NCBI GenBank assembly: GCA_023920165.1
Contig: CP089277.1
Span: 2,728,001-2,792,000 of the forward strand
Length of the DNA stretch: 64,000 bases
Direction of reading: 5' to 3'
DNA from: Curvularia clavata
Lineage: Eukaryota
Each line of letters begins with the position of its first letter. Position 1 is the first letter of the stretch. Positions 24,901-35,100 of the stretch are shown here, one piece after another. The notes under the pieces were generated by a model. That model worked only from the letters and a program-made list of their open reading frames with translations. It was not told the DNA's origin and did no database searches. Made by a program: the position numbers and the translations under genes.

Positions 24901-25631
24901 GTCTCGCTGAACCAGTCCGAGAGAAACGACGCGAGTTTGACCACGAAGACCATTGTCTTGAATGCTTTGAAGAAGCCGGTGATGGAAAGATGGTGGAATG
25001 TAAAGGCTGCCCCCGCGCCTATCACTTCGATTGTCTCGATCCCCACTACCAGGCCAAGGCCAAGAATGCCTTCGGCAACTTCCATTGCTCTCAACACAAC
25101 TGCTGGGATTGCGGAAAGTCAACGACCGACGCTGGGGGCCTCATGTTCCGTTGCCGCTGGTGCCCTCAGGGCTTTTGCGAGGATTGTCTTGACTGGGACA
25201 AGACTGAGCTCATCGGCGAGAATCTACCTGAATTCGAAGTCTTGGATGAAGAGGCCATGCCTACCGGCTTCTATATCAAGTGCCCATCTTGCATCAAATT
25301 GGCAGAGAAGGACAAAGACCACAAGGCTTGGATCGAGGAAATGGAGAAGATGTACTACGACGAGCGTGTGGCCTGGCTGCAGGAACGTGAAAAGAAGCAA
25401 CATGAGTTAAATGAGCGTCATGCGAGCGTCAAGCTTGAAGACGATGACGAAGCAGATTCACTACCAGCACTTACAGACACTTCTCGCTCGACTCGCTCGA
25501 TTGGCGGTTCTGGTGTCGCTACGCCGAAGGACCCTGAGCAGCCAACGTTAGGGAACAGCATTAAGTCCAACAAAAGGAGCTTTGTGTTTGGCGAGATCAA
25601 TGAGGCTAAGAAGGCCAAAATTACCAGATAA
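21954..25631 (+). CDS. SNF2-family (ISWI-related) chromatin remodelling ATPase with C-terminal PHD/Cys-His zinc fingers
   Basis: Intronless 1225 aa. GILGDEMGLGKT, DEGH, TGTPLQNN, QLRKCCSHPY, SGK, RLDG, STRAGGLGINL, DWNPQ..QAEARAHRIGQ. C-terminal CLEC..CKGCPRAYHFDCL..CSQHNCWDC..CRWCP..FCEDC..CPSC. Confidence 0.93.
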   Translation: MARQPVITLGSPQPITPPRRQRRGGQLQDLLAQFGSQSSVESATKKRRLLSQQKDEQMSPIPDCDTGRKRSLRRQTAGHHAALDSNTEDEPLHSSKKDTRPESIPAGPSPEDSEDELAPSARPGKTSNRIAAYKEELKMEKRKRERANTEGLRRSTRGRRSIILESDTMPTPSLRQQKAAPSPKLNTIRNRLRDDIAKGAKARANNFLVANKDFFLPLLPKNNKVAKLVAEGKAQPIIEYEEIKEQPKGVTAVMKPYQLSGLSFLVHLYNNGFSGILGDEMGLGKTLQTLSLFQYLEELDQQKGVVSEEPRPYLIICPLSVLNSWVTEAERWVPELGVMRFHGAMSERTRLKRVAAGLEDMKGNETSRARHRKQLRKAGQKLSNMPARAPSDSFKIVVTTYETFQAEQAWFKHSFAWRYVVLDEGHKIKNSSAQISTALKSVSAEYRLILTGTPLQNNMLEMWSLLTWLYPNVFDARTETLFRESFDLSKGKANKQTMTDARRLLELIMLRRMKDSPSVNLGLPPKEEVLLYVPLTPMQRFWYTRLLTRIDDGVLNEVFAGGKEKEKVSIEHEMKETQLLHKLEEMDQAISAGNIGDEWAETAKILQEAVAKEETDTSASKGAWKKLMNLVMQLRKCCSHPYLLPGVGPDPYYLGDHVIRASGKFILLEKLLKHTVLDQGKKVLIFSSFTSTLDCCEDLLSLVSNHGERFKYLRLDGSTARARRNLDIRLFNQADSDYNVMLVSTRAGGLGINLTSAQDVIFLDEDWNPQITLQAEARAHRIGQTKKVTIYKLCTQGTVEEQMMGRIRKKLYLSAKITESMQNIHGNQSTGNKKASIDEDMPQMNTSQLMTLVRRGAQTLSHPEIDVKEMVSWDLDTMMKRCRDQSADLTDVAANTEVDEDKWLSTMERIECAVFEGKRHQRNTDDSYAGTSSRNILPETVTRDDRRKNKNTTVMVNGFAISKESMGCGEWEAVPTLAGKDPRLAEPVREKRREFDHEDHCLECFEEAGDGKMVECKGCPRAYHFDCLDPHYQAKAKNAFGNFHCSQHNCWDCGKSTTDAGGLMFRCRWCPQGFCEDCLDWDKTELIGENLPEFEVLDEEAMPTGFYIKCPSCIKLAEKDKDHKAWIEEMEKMYYDERVAWLQEREKKQHELNERHASVKLEDDDEADSLPALTDTSRSTRSIGGSGVATPKDPEQPTLGNSIKSNKRSFVFGEINEAKKAKITR

Positions 25632-26188
25632 AGCTGGCCTGTCAGCAACGCACCACTGGCGACGGTGACACAATGTGTTGCAGACACAGCTGGTTTTGTA
25701 CTCAGACTGAAAGATTTCAATAGCCATCTCACAGTTGCAGGCGGTCGTACCACATTTGATTCATATACCCATACCCCTTCGATTACTTCTTTGTTTGTTC
25801 TGCTACGACTCTCTGACACGATGAGCCGTTTGTCTACTACAGTAAATAGTTTCAGTTTAGGATAAGCGACTGCCCTCAACGTCAGGAGAGCCATTCAAGG
25901 CCAGAGATTTGCGATATGTACGATAAATATGAAGATGAAATACTGTATAACCGTCTTTATAGCGTATAATGCATTACCGTGACTTTATTCGTTTTTCACA
26001 AGCGCACCATTCAATATTAAAACTTATAGTCGACTTTTGCTTGTGTCACTAACACTGCTTAGTAGTCTGTCACGTAAGTGTCTTTTCGCCAATACCTACT
26101 TTCACTTCTTTTCTTCAGGATCGTCTTTCGCACCTGAACACCGTCAGGCTTCGACAATGTATTATAGTCCCAACTGGGAGAAATTGCA

Positions 26189-26766
26189 CTAACCAAACAT
26201 GCTGCCTCCACCTCCGCCCTTTCTCCCTCCTCTCTGCGCTTCCTTGACCAGCCACTCCCTTAAGAAATCCTTGTTCCGCATCTCCTCCGGCCGCGTCAAT
26301 CGTGTATCAAACTGCGCTTCCTGCCTGCTAAAAGCAAGTAACGTCGGCATACTGCTTATCTGCCCAAACATATCAGCTCCCATTGCCGGAAAAAAAGTAC
26401 TCAATTACCTACCCTATACCGTATCGGCAGATCCTCAAGCAGCGTCGAATCCATCAGCACTTCCACAAATCCCAAGCCTCCTTCTTGCTCCCCCACTTTC
26501 TCTTCTTCGATCAGTTTTCGAATCAAGGGCTTGATGGTCTGGCACGTTTGGCACCATGATGCGGTCCAGAAGGTTATGAGGGTGCGGTTGTCGGCTGCAT
26601 TGAGGAGTGTGAGGGTGTGTAGGTCGTTGGGTTGGCGGACAGGATCAAAGATGCGGTTTTGGTGGGAACGGGCGGAGGAGGGGAAGAGGGAAAATGCGCG
26701 GTGGGTGGAGGTTGTGGGGATGGGCTTGCCGAGGACGCGGAAGAGAGATATTGTAGGGCGTAACAT
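26189..26766 (-). CDS. Mitochondrial thioredoxin-like protein
   Basis: Basic presequence MLRPTISLFR..., TFWTASWCQTCQTIKP (CxxC), intron ~26352-26409, exon 2 ISSMPTLLAFSRQEAQ. Confidence 0.82.
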
Positions 26767-27476
26767 TGTGAAATTGGTGTTATCAAAGGTTGTTTGTGGT
26801 ATGGATTTGGAGAATTGGACGTGCTGGGGATCGACGCGTGAAGCTGGAGAGCGACGTCATCGCGTGCCAAGCTTTGGGGATGGAGTCGCGTCTTCATGTG
26901 CTGAGGTCACCTACTGCGAAGCGAGAGACACTAGGTAGCGAGACAAATGCCTACTAAAATCAAAATCTAGTCCTTCTATGAAATCTCCAAGCTCTACAAG
27001 TTGTAAAATGATTCAGTAGTGTTTACTCGTCTGACGAATCCATTTTCAATAGAGATTGCGCAGTTGTTGCTGATTCTGTTGATCATTTCGTTGATGCCAT
27101 TTTGGCCCCGTCTACCTTCCGACTCCTGCTGCATTATTTCTACGACATCTTAAGGTACTTCGGTATGTTGCTTGGACAGCTAAAAGAACGAAAATGTTGA
27201 TCTTCGGGTCTCATCACGATTGGCAGCAAGGAACAGTCTTTCCAGCAATTTCTCCGTGTCCATGCAGTGGTGGAGCTATCTAGCAGTATTTTGTGCGGTA
27301 GAGAAGGAACAATATGATCAGGTCTTTGTCACAGCTAAGCCTTATTCGAATAATTCCATTCACAGCTGTGGCTCATTGTTCTTCCATCCCTTTCTGAGCT
27401 GGGTGTCCTTTAGCCGCGTGAACTGCACTCCTCCAGCCATCACCGTCATCACCATCAACACGTTAATAGTACAACG

Positions 27477-28905
27477 ATAGACAAGACAATTCGTACGCTG
27501 GCAGAAGGAGTCCCGAAGGGTGTTCGTTTCTCTTTCAGTGCTCTCGCCGACCACATAGGAGTCTCACACTCATCAGCCCATCATCGTTCCAAGGGCTGGC
27601 GATCGTTAGAACAAAAGACTCAAGGCCAGCGGTATCTTACCCCGTGAGAAGACGAAGAAGAAGAAGAAGAAGAAGAAGAAGAAGAAGAAGAAGAAGAAGA
27701 AGAAGAAGAAGAAGAAGAAGAAGAAGAAGAACCACCACTTATTAATTCCATCCTCCAGATATTTGACTTGGGCTATCCTATGCGGATCAAATTCATACCA
27801 TCCCTAGCTTAACACCTTACATTACAGCGACCTCCGTTCGCCCGACCGACCAAGCCTTCATATCTAAACTAAACAAGGGCATTCATACAGTGCCATTCAA
27901 GGCTGTAGGCAAGAATCGTCGAGGGCATAGATTAGAATCGTCATGAGAAGAATATATACCCAAAGAGCGCACACTAGTTTAAGGTGATCGGACCAGTATT
28001 ACAGGAAGGTACGTTCTTACCAGAGAATACATGTAATCTGGACGAGACCAGAGTCATGCTTTCTATACTTGGCTCATTGAAAGTCCTTATAAGAATAACC
28101 AGTGGTCCTATAGGGGTGCCCAGATAAAGCATACAACTATTACTACTATAGAGTACATAAGCGCTGATGTTAGGTATCTAAACCCTATAATCATTTAGCC
28201 GGCTACTACTCACCGAAGTAATCAGACCACATACCCCACGCCTGGTTAGCAGTCCGCATGCTATAACTCAGGCTACACTGATTCCTATACTACTGTACAA
28301 TGGCCGATACGGATATTCGATCCTGTAATTAAGGAACAAGCCAATGGCAAGCCTCGAGTCTTAATCTGCGACGGCTTTAGAACTCATAAAATACTTAAAA
28401 TTCTTGAGTTCTGTCTCTAAAATAATATCCTCTCATAAGCTCCAACCTCAGGCCAGTGACTCCAGTAACCACGCAAGGATTAGCATCGCTGCAGAACATC
28501 ATGGTTAAACAAGTCACCAAGATTCTTAGCCCAAGCACGCAGTGTAATCTCCAAAAGTACGTTCAGAAGCTATCGAAGGCTGGCCATATAGCAATTTCTA
28601 TAGGTTTCCTCCAGCGCGACCGAATCCAATTCTTAACAAGGATCAACGAAGAGGCGAAAATTCAACGATCAGCTGAAGCAGATATGCTTGGAAAGGCGAA
28701 AGTAATGGGTTACAATAAACTTGAGGAAGCTCGAACAAAGCGTGGCAAGAAGGAGGCGGCTAAAGCAGCTAAACGTTAACAGAAACTCAAGATTACAAGA
28801 GTAGGAGAAGAGTCACAGGCTAAGAAAGCGAGTCAGGGCGAAGTACAGGTTGAACAGGCTGATTTGGCATGCAGAGCACCTGAGGCGCCGATGGTCCACA
28901 ATAGA
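27477..28905 (+). mobile_element. Degenerate pogo/Fot1-type (CENP-B HTH + DDE) transposase relic, RIP-mutated and internally deleted
   Basis: Readable fragments IDKTIRTLAEGVP...SAHHR...QRYLTP*EDE(n)...DLGYPMRIKFIPSLA*; ID*NRHEKNIYPK.AH*F...ENTCNLDETRVMLSILGSLKVL; IEYISAD...NPIII*PATTHRSN...SGYTDS...KPRVLICDGFRTH; C-terminal PVTPVT...INEEAK...LGKAKVMGY...RAP. No TIRs recognised. Confidence 0.88.
27654..27731 (+). repeat. (GAA)26 perfect microsatellite
   Basis: Direct count: 78 nt of uninterrupted GAA. Confidence 0.97.
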
Positions 28906-29738
28906 ACATTCTAATGTCGTTTGTCATTACGATAGTAGAGAGGCAATTGATGGACGATAGTATAGCCACTATCAAATGTAGCTTCATTCCTATGCGCTCT
29001 TGCAACAACGATTCCATCGGTGTGCCAATAAGGTTCTATAGCCACACTTGCTACAACGGGTGGCGAGCCTTGGCTTTGCAGATCACGCCCGGCAAAATGA
29101 TAGACAGTTTCAGATCTTTCACTAGCAACGGATCATATAGAGGGACACTGCGCCATCCGCTTCATCTGCTGCAATTTCTCTTAGAATAGCGCCAAATATA
29201 TCTACTAGAAGCTAATATCATACATTGTATAGTGATATAGTATTAGACGTGGAAATAAATCAGTAAATCTAGCTTCGCTTCGGAAGGGGATTGCAATACA
29301 GCTTGGCATCCCACTTACTCTAGGTCGTTAGGCGCCCACGTCCTTGACACAAACGTTGCTGCCTATTTTATCGTAAACAGGGCTCAGGCGGCTAGCCGAC
29401 CAGTAAGGCGACAGCAAGCACAAAAGAGCACTGCCACCTTTGCGTTTCGTCAATTCTGCCTCGCCCTCGACAGACAGAGCACTGCCACCTTTACTCTTCA
29501 TCAACTTGCCTCATCCTCAACAGCAATCAATGTTAGATAAGAGTAGCCTCGGCTGGACTGCGTATTGCTCCGTGTATCTTGAATGTTACCACCCAGTTGA
29601 ACCTCAAATCTCTAAATCACCGCATTGCCGCATCACGAGCTGAGTACGGTGGCACGTATGATGGCGTCAAGCTCCGCGTATGATGCGAAGAATTCCCCGG
29701 AACGACTTCGTCAACGAATTGTTAACCCGGCATATTCT

Positions 29739-30936
29739 ATGCCTGGTAAGTCAAGGTATCTAAAGTGGCCAACGATCTAGTATTGTTTAACGCGACGTAG
29801 GGTTGAAGACTCCAAGGATTGTGATGTCTGACCGATATGGATCTAGACCTGCACTTAAACCAGCCCTAGTCTCCCTCGCACGGACTTTGGCTCTGTTCGA
29901 CCTTCAACTCGTCCAGCGTGTCCAAAAATTCCACCAAAAATCTTCTTCATCTATAGATGAAACCCGCAAAGCTGCAGCTCTTCTTTTGTTAGAAGATTGC
30001 AATGATATCAGACAGCAGTGGAGAGACATCGACTCAGGCAAATGTCAATTCAGCGAGCTGTACATGACGAGTGATCTCTTGGTTCCCATTTGGGCGGAAG
30101 GCTTGCGCATCATCAAAGACGTCATTAGAAGTAAACAAGTTTCCAGCGAACAGTCAAACAAGCGGAATGTCTTTGCACGCATTCTGTTAGATTACGAGAG
30201 TCTAGCAGGACGCCTGCAGGAACGAATGGTTGATGCTGCTCGTCAGGGTCTTTTCGATCCAGATTTTTTGAACCCAATTCAAGAGCGCTGGTTGCGGCTG
30301 GACGAGACTATAGACCTACATTATAACTTGTGTAATGTTGATGCTGACGAAGACATGCACAGTTTTTGTCGTCAGTCACCCACATGGTAAGTTGCTGATG
30401 CAGAATTGAGATACTGTATAGGATGCGAACGTTGATTAAATTTTAGGTTAGAAGTTCGAAGCTTAGTACAAAAGGAGGCTAGAGGGGCAAAAGATCACGA
30501 CGAGCTTATGCAAAACCAAATTGCTGGCAGGCTCCGGAACACAGCTGAGCCTGGTAAAGCAGCCGGGTCAAAGAGCGTGCGAGCTTGTAGTTCAGTGCTA
30601 GTAGTCTGCAGCTGTGCTATAGCTCCCATTCCGTTGTTCTGTTTTGGATACGCCTCTTCAGATCATCTCCGAGGGACAACAGGCGATGCAGACTTCTGGT
30701 TCCTCATTGCGGCCACCTTGACCCAACTTCAAGGGTTAGGAGCTTCCGCACTTCTTGAACGGGACCGTGGCCGCCTCCCAAAATGGCGCTGGGTTATTCC
30801 TGCTGCAATTGCAGGAGTTTGTTCCATCGTGGCCATCCCCCTTTATCTTTATATACCAACAGAGTGGAGCTCCCTTTTCTCTCTAGTCGCCGGAATACTT
30901 CAAGCCTTCATGATATCGCAGTTTTTTCTTTTCTAG
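29739..30936 (+). CDS. Hypothetical membrane protein with helical N-terminal part and 3-4 C-terminal TM segments
   Basis: ORFs 29803-30390 and 30508-30936 join in frame through a GTAAGT...TTTTAG intron (~30388-30446; SPTW|LEVRSLVQKEARG...). Hydrophobic DADFWFLI...LYLYIPTEWSSLFS. 5' exon uncertain. Confidence 0.6.
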
Positions 30937-32199
30937 GTGTCCTCAATCAGAAAGCCCTCATAGCGATCGGAAACGATGCGTTGCATCCTAGAAAAGAGAG
31001 GGAGCTAACTGTGACAGCGTGAGTAGCGTTTGTCTGAGGCATATGCCAGATAGACAGGAGTGTGTGTGATTTCCTAATTCGAAAATAATCAAGAACAAAT
31101 TCTGTTCCAGTTCCTACCAATGATGTGCACTTCAAATACTCGAAACTTTCAAATTATAAGCTAACTAAAAGAGCTACGACTAGGGAGTTGTGAGCTAGAA
31201 CGAGGACATAAGTCAATCTTCTTGCGTCATGGTACACTACTTGTCTAGTCTACTTGTGCTTAATTAAAGAGTTGCGAGGTGACGCCAAGACACTTGTTCG
31301 TGTGTAGAATAGTTGTGCGGGTGGTAAAACTGGTTTCGCTAGTGGCTATACAGTAACTGAGATCTTGGTAATTGATAACCTCTGTCTGTACACGTGTTTT
31401 TTTTGAACTCGGGAGTAATCAGAGGAAAGAGCTGACACTTGCTTTATCAATAAATAGTCAAGGCTTTCAGCCACATCTGCTGACAACAATTTCTGTCAAG
31501 GCTGTTCTGCAATGTATTATCGTGCTCTGGTCATGTACTCTCCTAACCACTCAAGTTTCAGGTACCGACCAGGGTGGCAATATCGCATAGTCTTGATTCC
31601 TACGCCAGCATTAGGCCTTATGAAAGCTACTAGATGTTATGATAAGAATTATCATTACCAGTAGAACTGTTGCATGTGCCTGAAGTCCCTGTTAAGCTTA
31701 ACTACAATCCCGTAGCCTATGCAGCCTTTGGGCGATGCGTAAAAGCGTCCTCTGGCCTCGTTGTAATACGGTAGGACGCAACGGCAACAGGCTAGATAAC
31801 GGTTCCCAAAAACGGACTCCACGTCATATCGCAAAATGACTGCATAAGGTAAGGTTTTTGTATTAATAATGTAGATCTAGTTCAAGGTATCCTTCCTTTG
31901 TCTCGCTTTGATGTGTCTCACTTCGCAGTCGGTGACGTTAGTACCTGCATTCTTCCTTGTCTTACCTTTGCAATGTGACACTCGTGCGATGAACAACTGG
32001 AAATGAGTTTTGAGAGTTGATAATTGTCCGAATCAGATGTACATTTCAATCGTAAGCGAAGGGGTCGAGTCATTTGGGAAACAATTCTATTACCTAGCTC
32101 CTAAAAGTCGGCAAAAACATGTGCTACATGCGTTGCTTGCGTAACGTGAGATAATAGAATCAAACAAATAAAGAACTAGCAACAATAATGTAAGGTAAA

Positions 32200-35100
32200 T
32201 CAATAAACCTCGAGGAAAGACATATTGTCAAATACGCGCCGCTTCTTCCAAGCAGAACTGCAATTTACCGCGATTTTCTTGACGTCTTCACGGCTGATTT
32301 CATAGCGATCCAGGAAGTCCAGACCGTCGTCTGAGTGTTCACGCGACTTTCTCTTGGTACCTCTGGTACCAAGGAAGTCCAGATCCGCATCGTCAACACT
32401 TCGTTTCAGACTTGGTTCGCCATTCGCGGCGCTTTGCTCTGCAGATTCGGACTCTATGTCCTCGGACTCGCCATAATGGTCTTCGAAAATAAAATTGTTC
32501 GAATAGTCGTATGGATAGACGTATTGATCAAAAGTGCCCAGAGTGTCGTCAACCACTTTATACTGTTCTATCCTGGCTGCAAGATCATTTTCGTTGGTTT
32601 GCCTGAAGGTGTGGCTAAAACGACGATTCAACGGCACATCGCTGAACTTTGTCTCCTTTGTGAGTTTGTGGGAGAAAAACCAAAGTGCCAGCGTTTTCCA
32701 GTCCAGGATACCAGCTACAGCTGCTTGGGAGAGAACGTAGGCCTGATAATATATGTCCCTATTGAATTTCACTTTCTTGTTAAATTGAAGGCCCATGGCG
32801 ATCATCCAGGCGTTGATCAACACATGATGTCCACATGACCAGCGGCTGATCTGCTGCGGAAGTTCGTCTCTAAAATAGAGTGCACCCCCTGTTAGGGGCG
32901 AAACAGGCTCTTTGTCTTCGCGGTGCGTTGACCATCCAATGAGATGAGCTGCGTCTTCAATTTGTTCCCCGAAGAACTCTGCCACTTCTTCGAAGACGCG
33001 GAAATTACTGTCAAGTACATGCATTTCAAGAACAGGCTCGCTTGCGTCCAACTCATCGCTGCACATCTCCTGCACGAGTACAAGGAATGAGTGGCCAATC
33101 TCGCCTCGAGGGGGTTTCCATGATTTTTTATGCTGAGCGGCCCATCGCTGCAATGTTGGCAAGAGTCCATCTATGGATACAACTAGAGGAAACAGCCAAG
33201 CGCGTCGTGGACGCGAAAGCACCTTGTTTTCATCGCCAATCTCATGACTTAGCGCCAGCTGAATCTGAGTGCTAGTTGTCAAAGAGAAACCTCCAGCAAA
33301 AGGCGCATCAGGGTGTACCCTGGCATGGATATCCGTTTGTAAAGCATCAATAGCCTCCAATACGGATGCCATGGTGAGGTTCAGTTCGGAGTCCCATAGC
33401 ATGCGGTTGAACTTATCTGATATAACACGGAGGCCAAGGATCTTCTGAGCCTCGAAGTTCGTCATGATCACTTCGTAGAAATCAATGGTATCATCGACCC
33501 AGTCTTCGGAAGCGCTTAGAAGAGTTGAGTCCATTCCTTCGTATTGGCAGTTGATATCCGCTAGGATGGCTTCTACTAGGTCTTCACGAGACGGCGTTGC
33601 TGATTTCAGCTTCTTCATGCAGTTTTGTAACCGCCATTTCGGCACCCCGGAACACTTCTCCCTCATCTGCTTGTCGTCATCGTTCGGGTCGAGTAGGTGG
33701 AAACGTAACAGTTTTTGCACACGTTCGTCAAATCTCGCATCCCGCTTCCATCCATCGGAAGGGAACTTCGAAGTGTGGGGTTTTCCGACCATGTTCGGCA
33801 CGCGGTTGCAGTTTCTTATCGGCTTCATTCTCTTTTCATCGTAATCACGACCCTTCCAGTATGTTTGCTCAATTTTGCGTTCCTTATCCAGTGCCTCGTC
33901 AAAATCTCCTGCCGTCTTCGTTTCATGCGTGCGAGCGAAACGTCTATTCTCGGGTACAACGCCGTCTCGAACAAAATCGCGGCACCGTAGCAGAGCAAAA
34001 ATGAGCTTCCAATCTGCGCATCCAATACGTGCAAGATGTACGACGTCCAGCACCTGCTGGAAAACTTCATCAGTCCATGTAGTTTTGAGATCCGGATTGA
34101 GTTCTAATCCCAGCGCCAGGCCCCACGCATTCAGTATGGCGAAATATCCACATTCATTGTCGGACTGCTGGAAAGCCACAGGAACCCAGGTTGCGGTGGC
34201 TGGCTTGACCCGACTGAAGTTGGTCTTGTTTGGGAAAAAGTTCCGCCACCAAGATGTATGAAGCAAAAGCTCCCAGGCTGTCTGGTATACCTGGTGACGG
34301 TATTCTGGTTCATAATGCGTTGGCAGAGAATCAAGGATCGAAATCATGGGACGGCCTTCGGCGTTGAACTGTGCAACCAGAACAACGATGTGATGTGCAT
34401 AGACGAATGGAGCAATAAAAGGCCGACCAGGACGAAGGATAGGGGCTACAAGACCTTCTTTCAGAGCGGCTTTAGCTGTTGCAGCTGTTTCAGCCGTCGC
34501 CATAGTATATGATGGAACGATGCTAAATCCCTCTTCCATACCCTGCATCTGGTTGATAGCCATCAAAACAGCGTCGACGGAAAGTGCAACTTCTTCGTCG
34601 TGTAGCCATTTGCCTTTTTGTTGTGTTACGCGTCCCTCTCGCAATACCTTCAATTCTTGTCTTACTCCTTCGTCTGCTAGTAAGGAACTTAGAGTGTCTC
34701 GAAGATACTTGCATGGTTCAAACTCCTCAGCGTGATCCTCATTAAAAGAAACCATAGTGTCGGTAAATTCACTGGGCTGCAGTTCAGAAAACCCCGTGAT
34801 GCCATTTCTCGCATGAACATCGTTCTGAGTCGATTTGCCTTGCTCCTGTTGGTTTCCGCCGGGAGATAACATGCTGTCGGTATGTTCACTAGGCTGCAAT
34901 TCGGAAAACCCCGCGATGCCATCTTCTGGCCAAGATTCGTCCCAATCAATGCTCGCACCAGATTCGCGAATCGAGTCTGACTGGAAGTAGTCATACACGT
35001 TGACATTAGCATCCGTTGAAGCTTTGTTCTTTTTCGACTTCATTTCCGAAATGTACGCATTGTGCTCCCGCGACGGTATAGTATTGACGAATCTTCGCCC

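Noticed and set aside
21954..25631. Calling the SNF2 gene MIT1 or ISW2
   Set aside because: It lacks the N-terminal PHD/chromodomains of Mit1 and the HAND-SANT-SLIDE of ISWI.
29425..29492. 17-bp direct repeat AGAGCACTGCCACCTTT x2 with a 34-nt spacer, CRISPR-like spacing
   Set aside because: Only two copies in a eukaryotic genome with no cas genes; treated as a local duplication.
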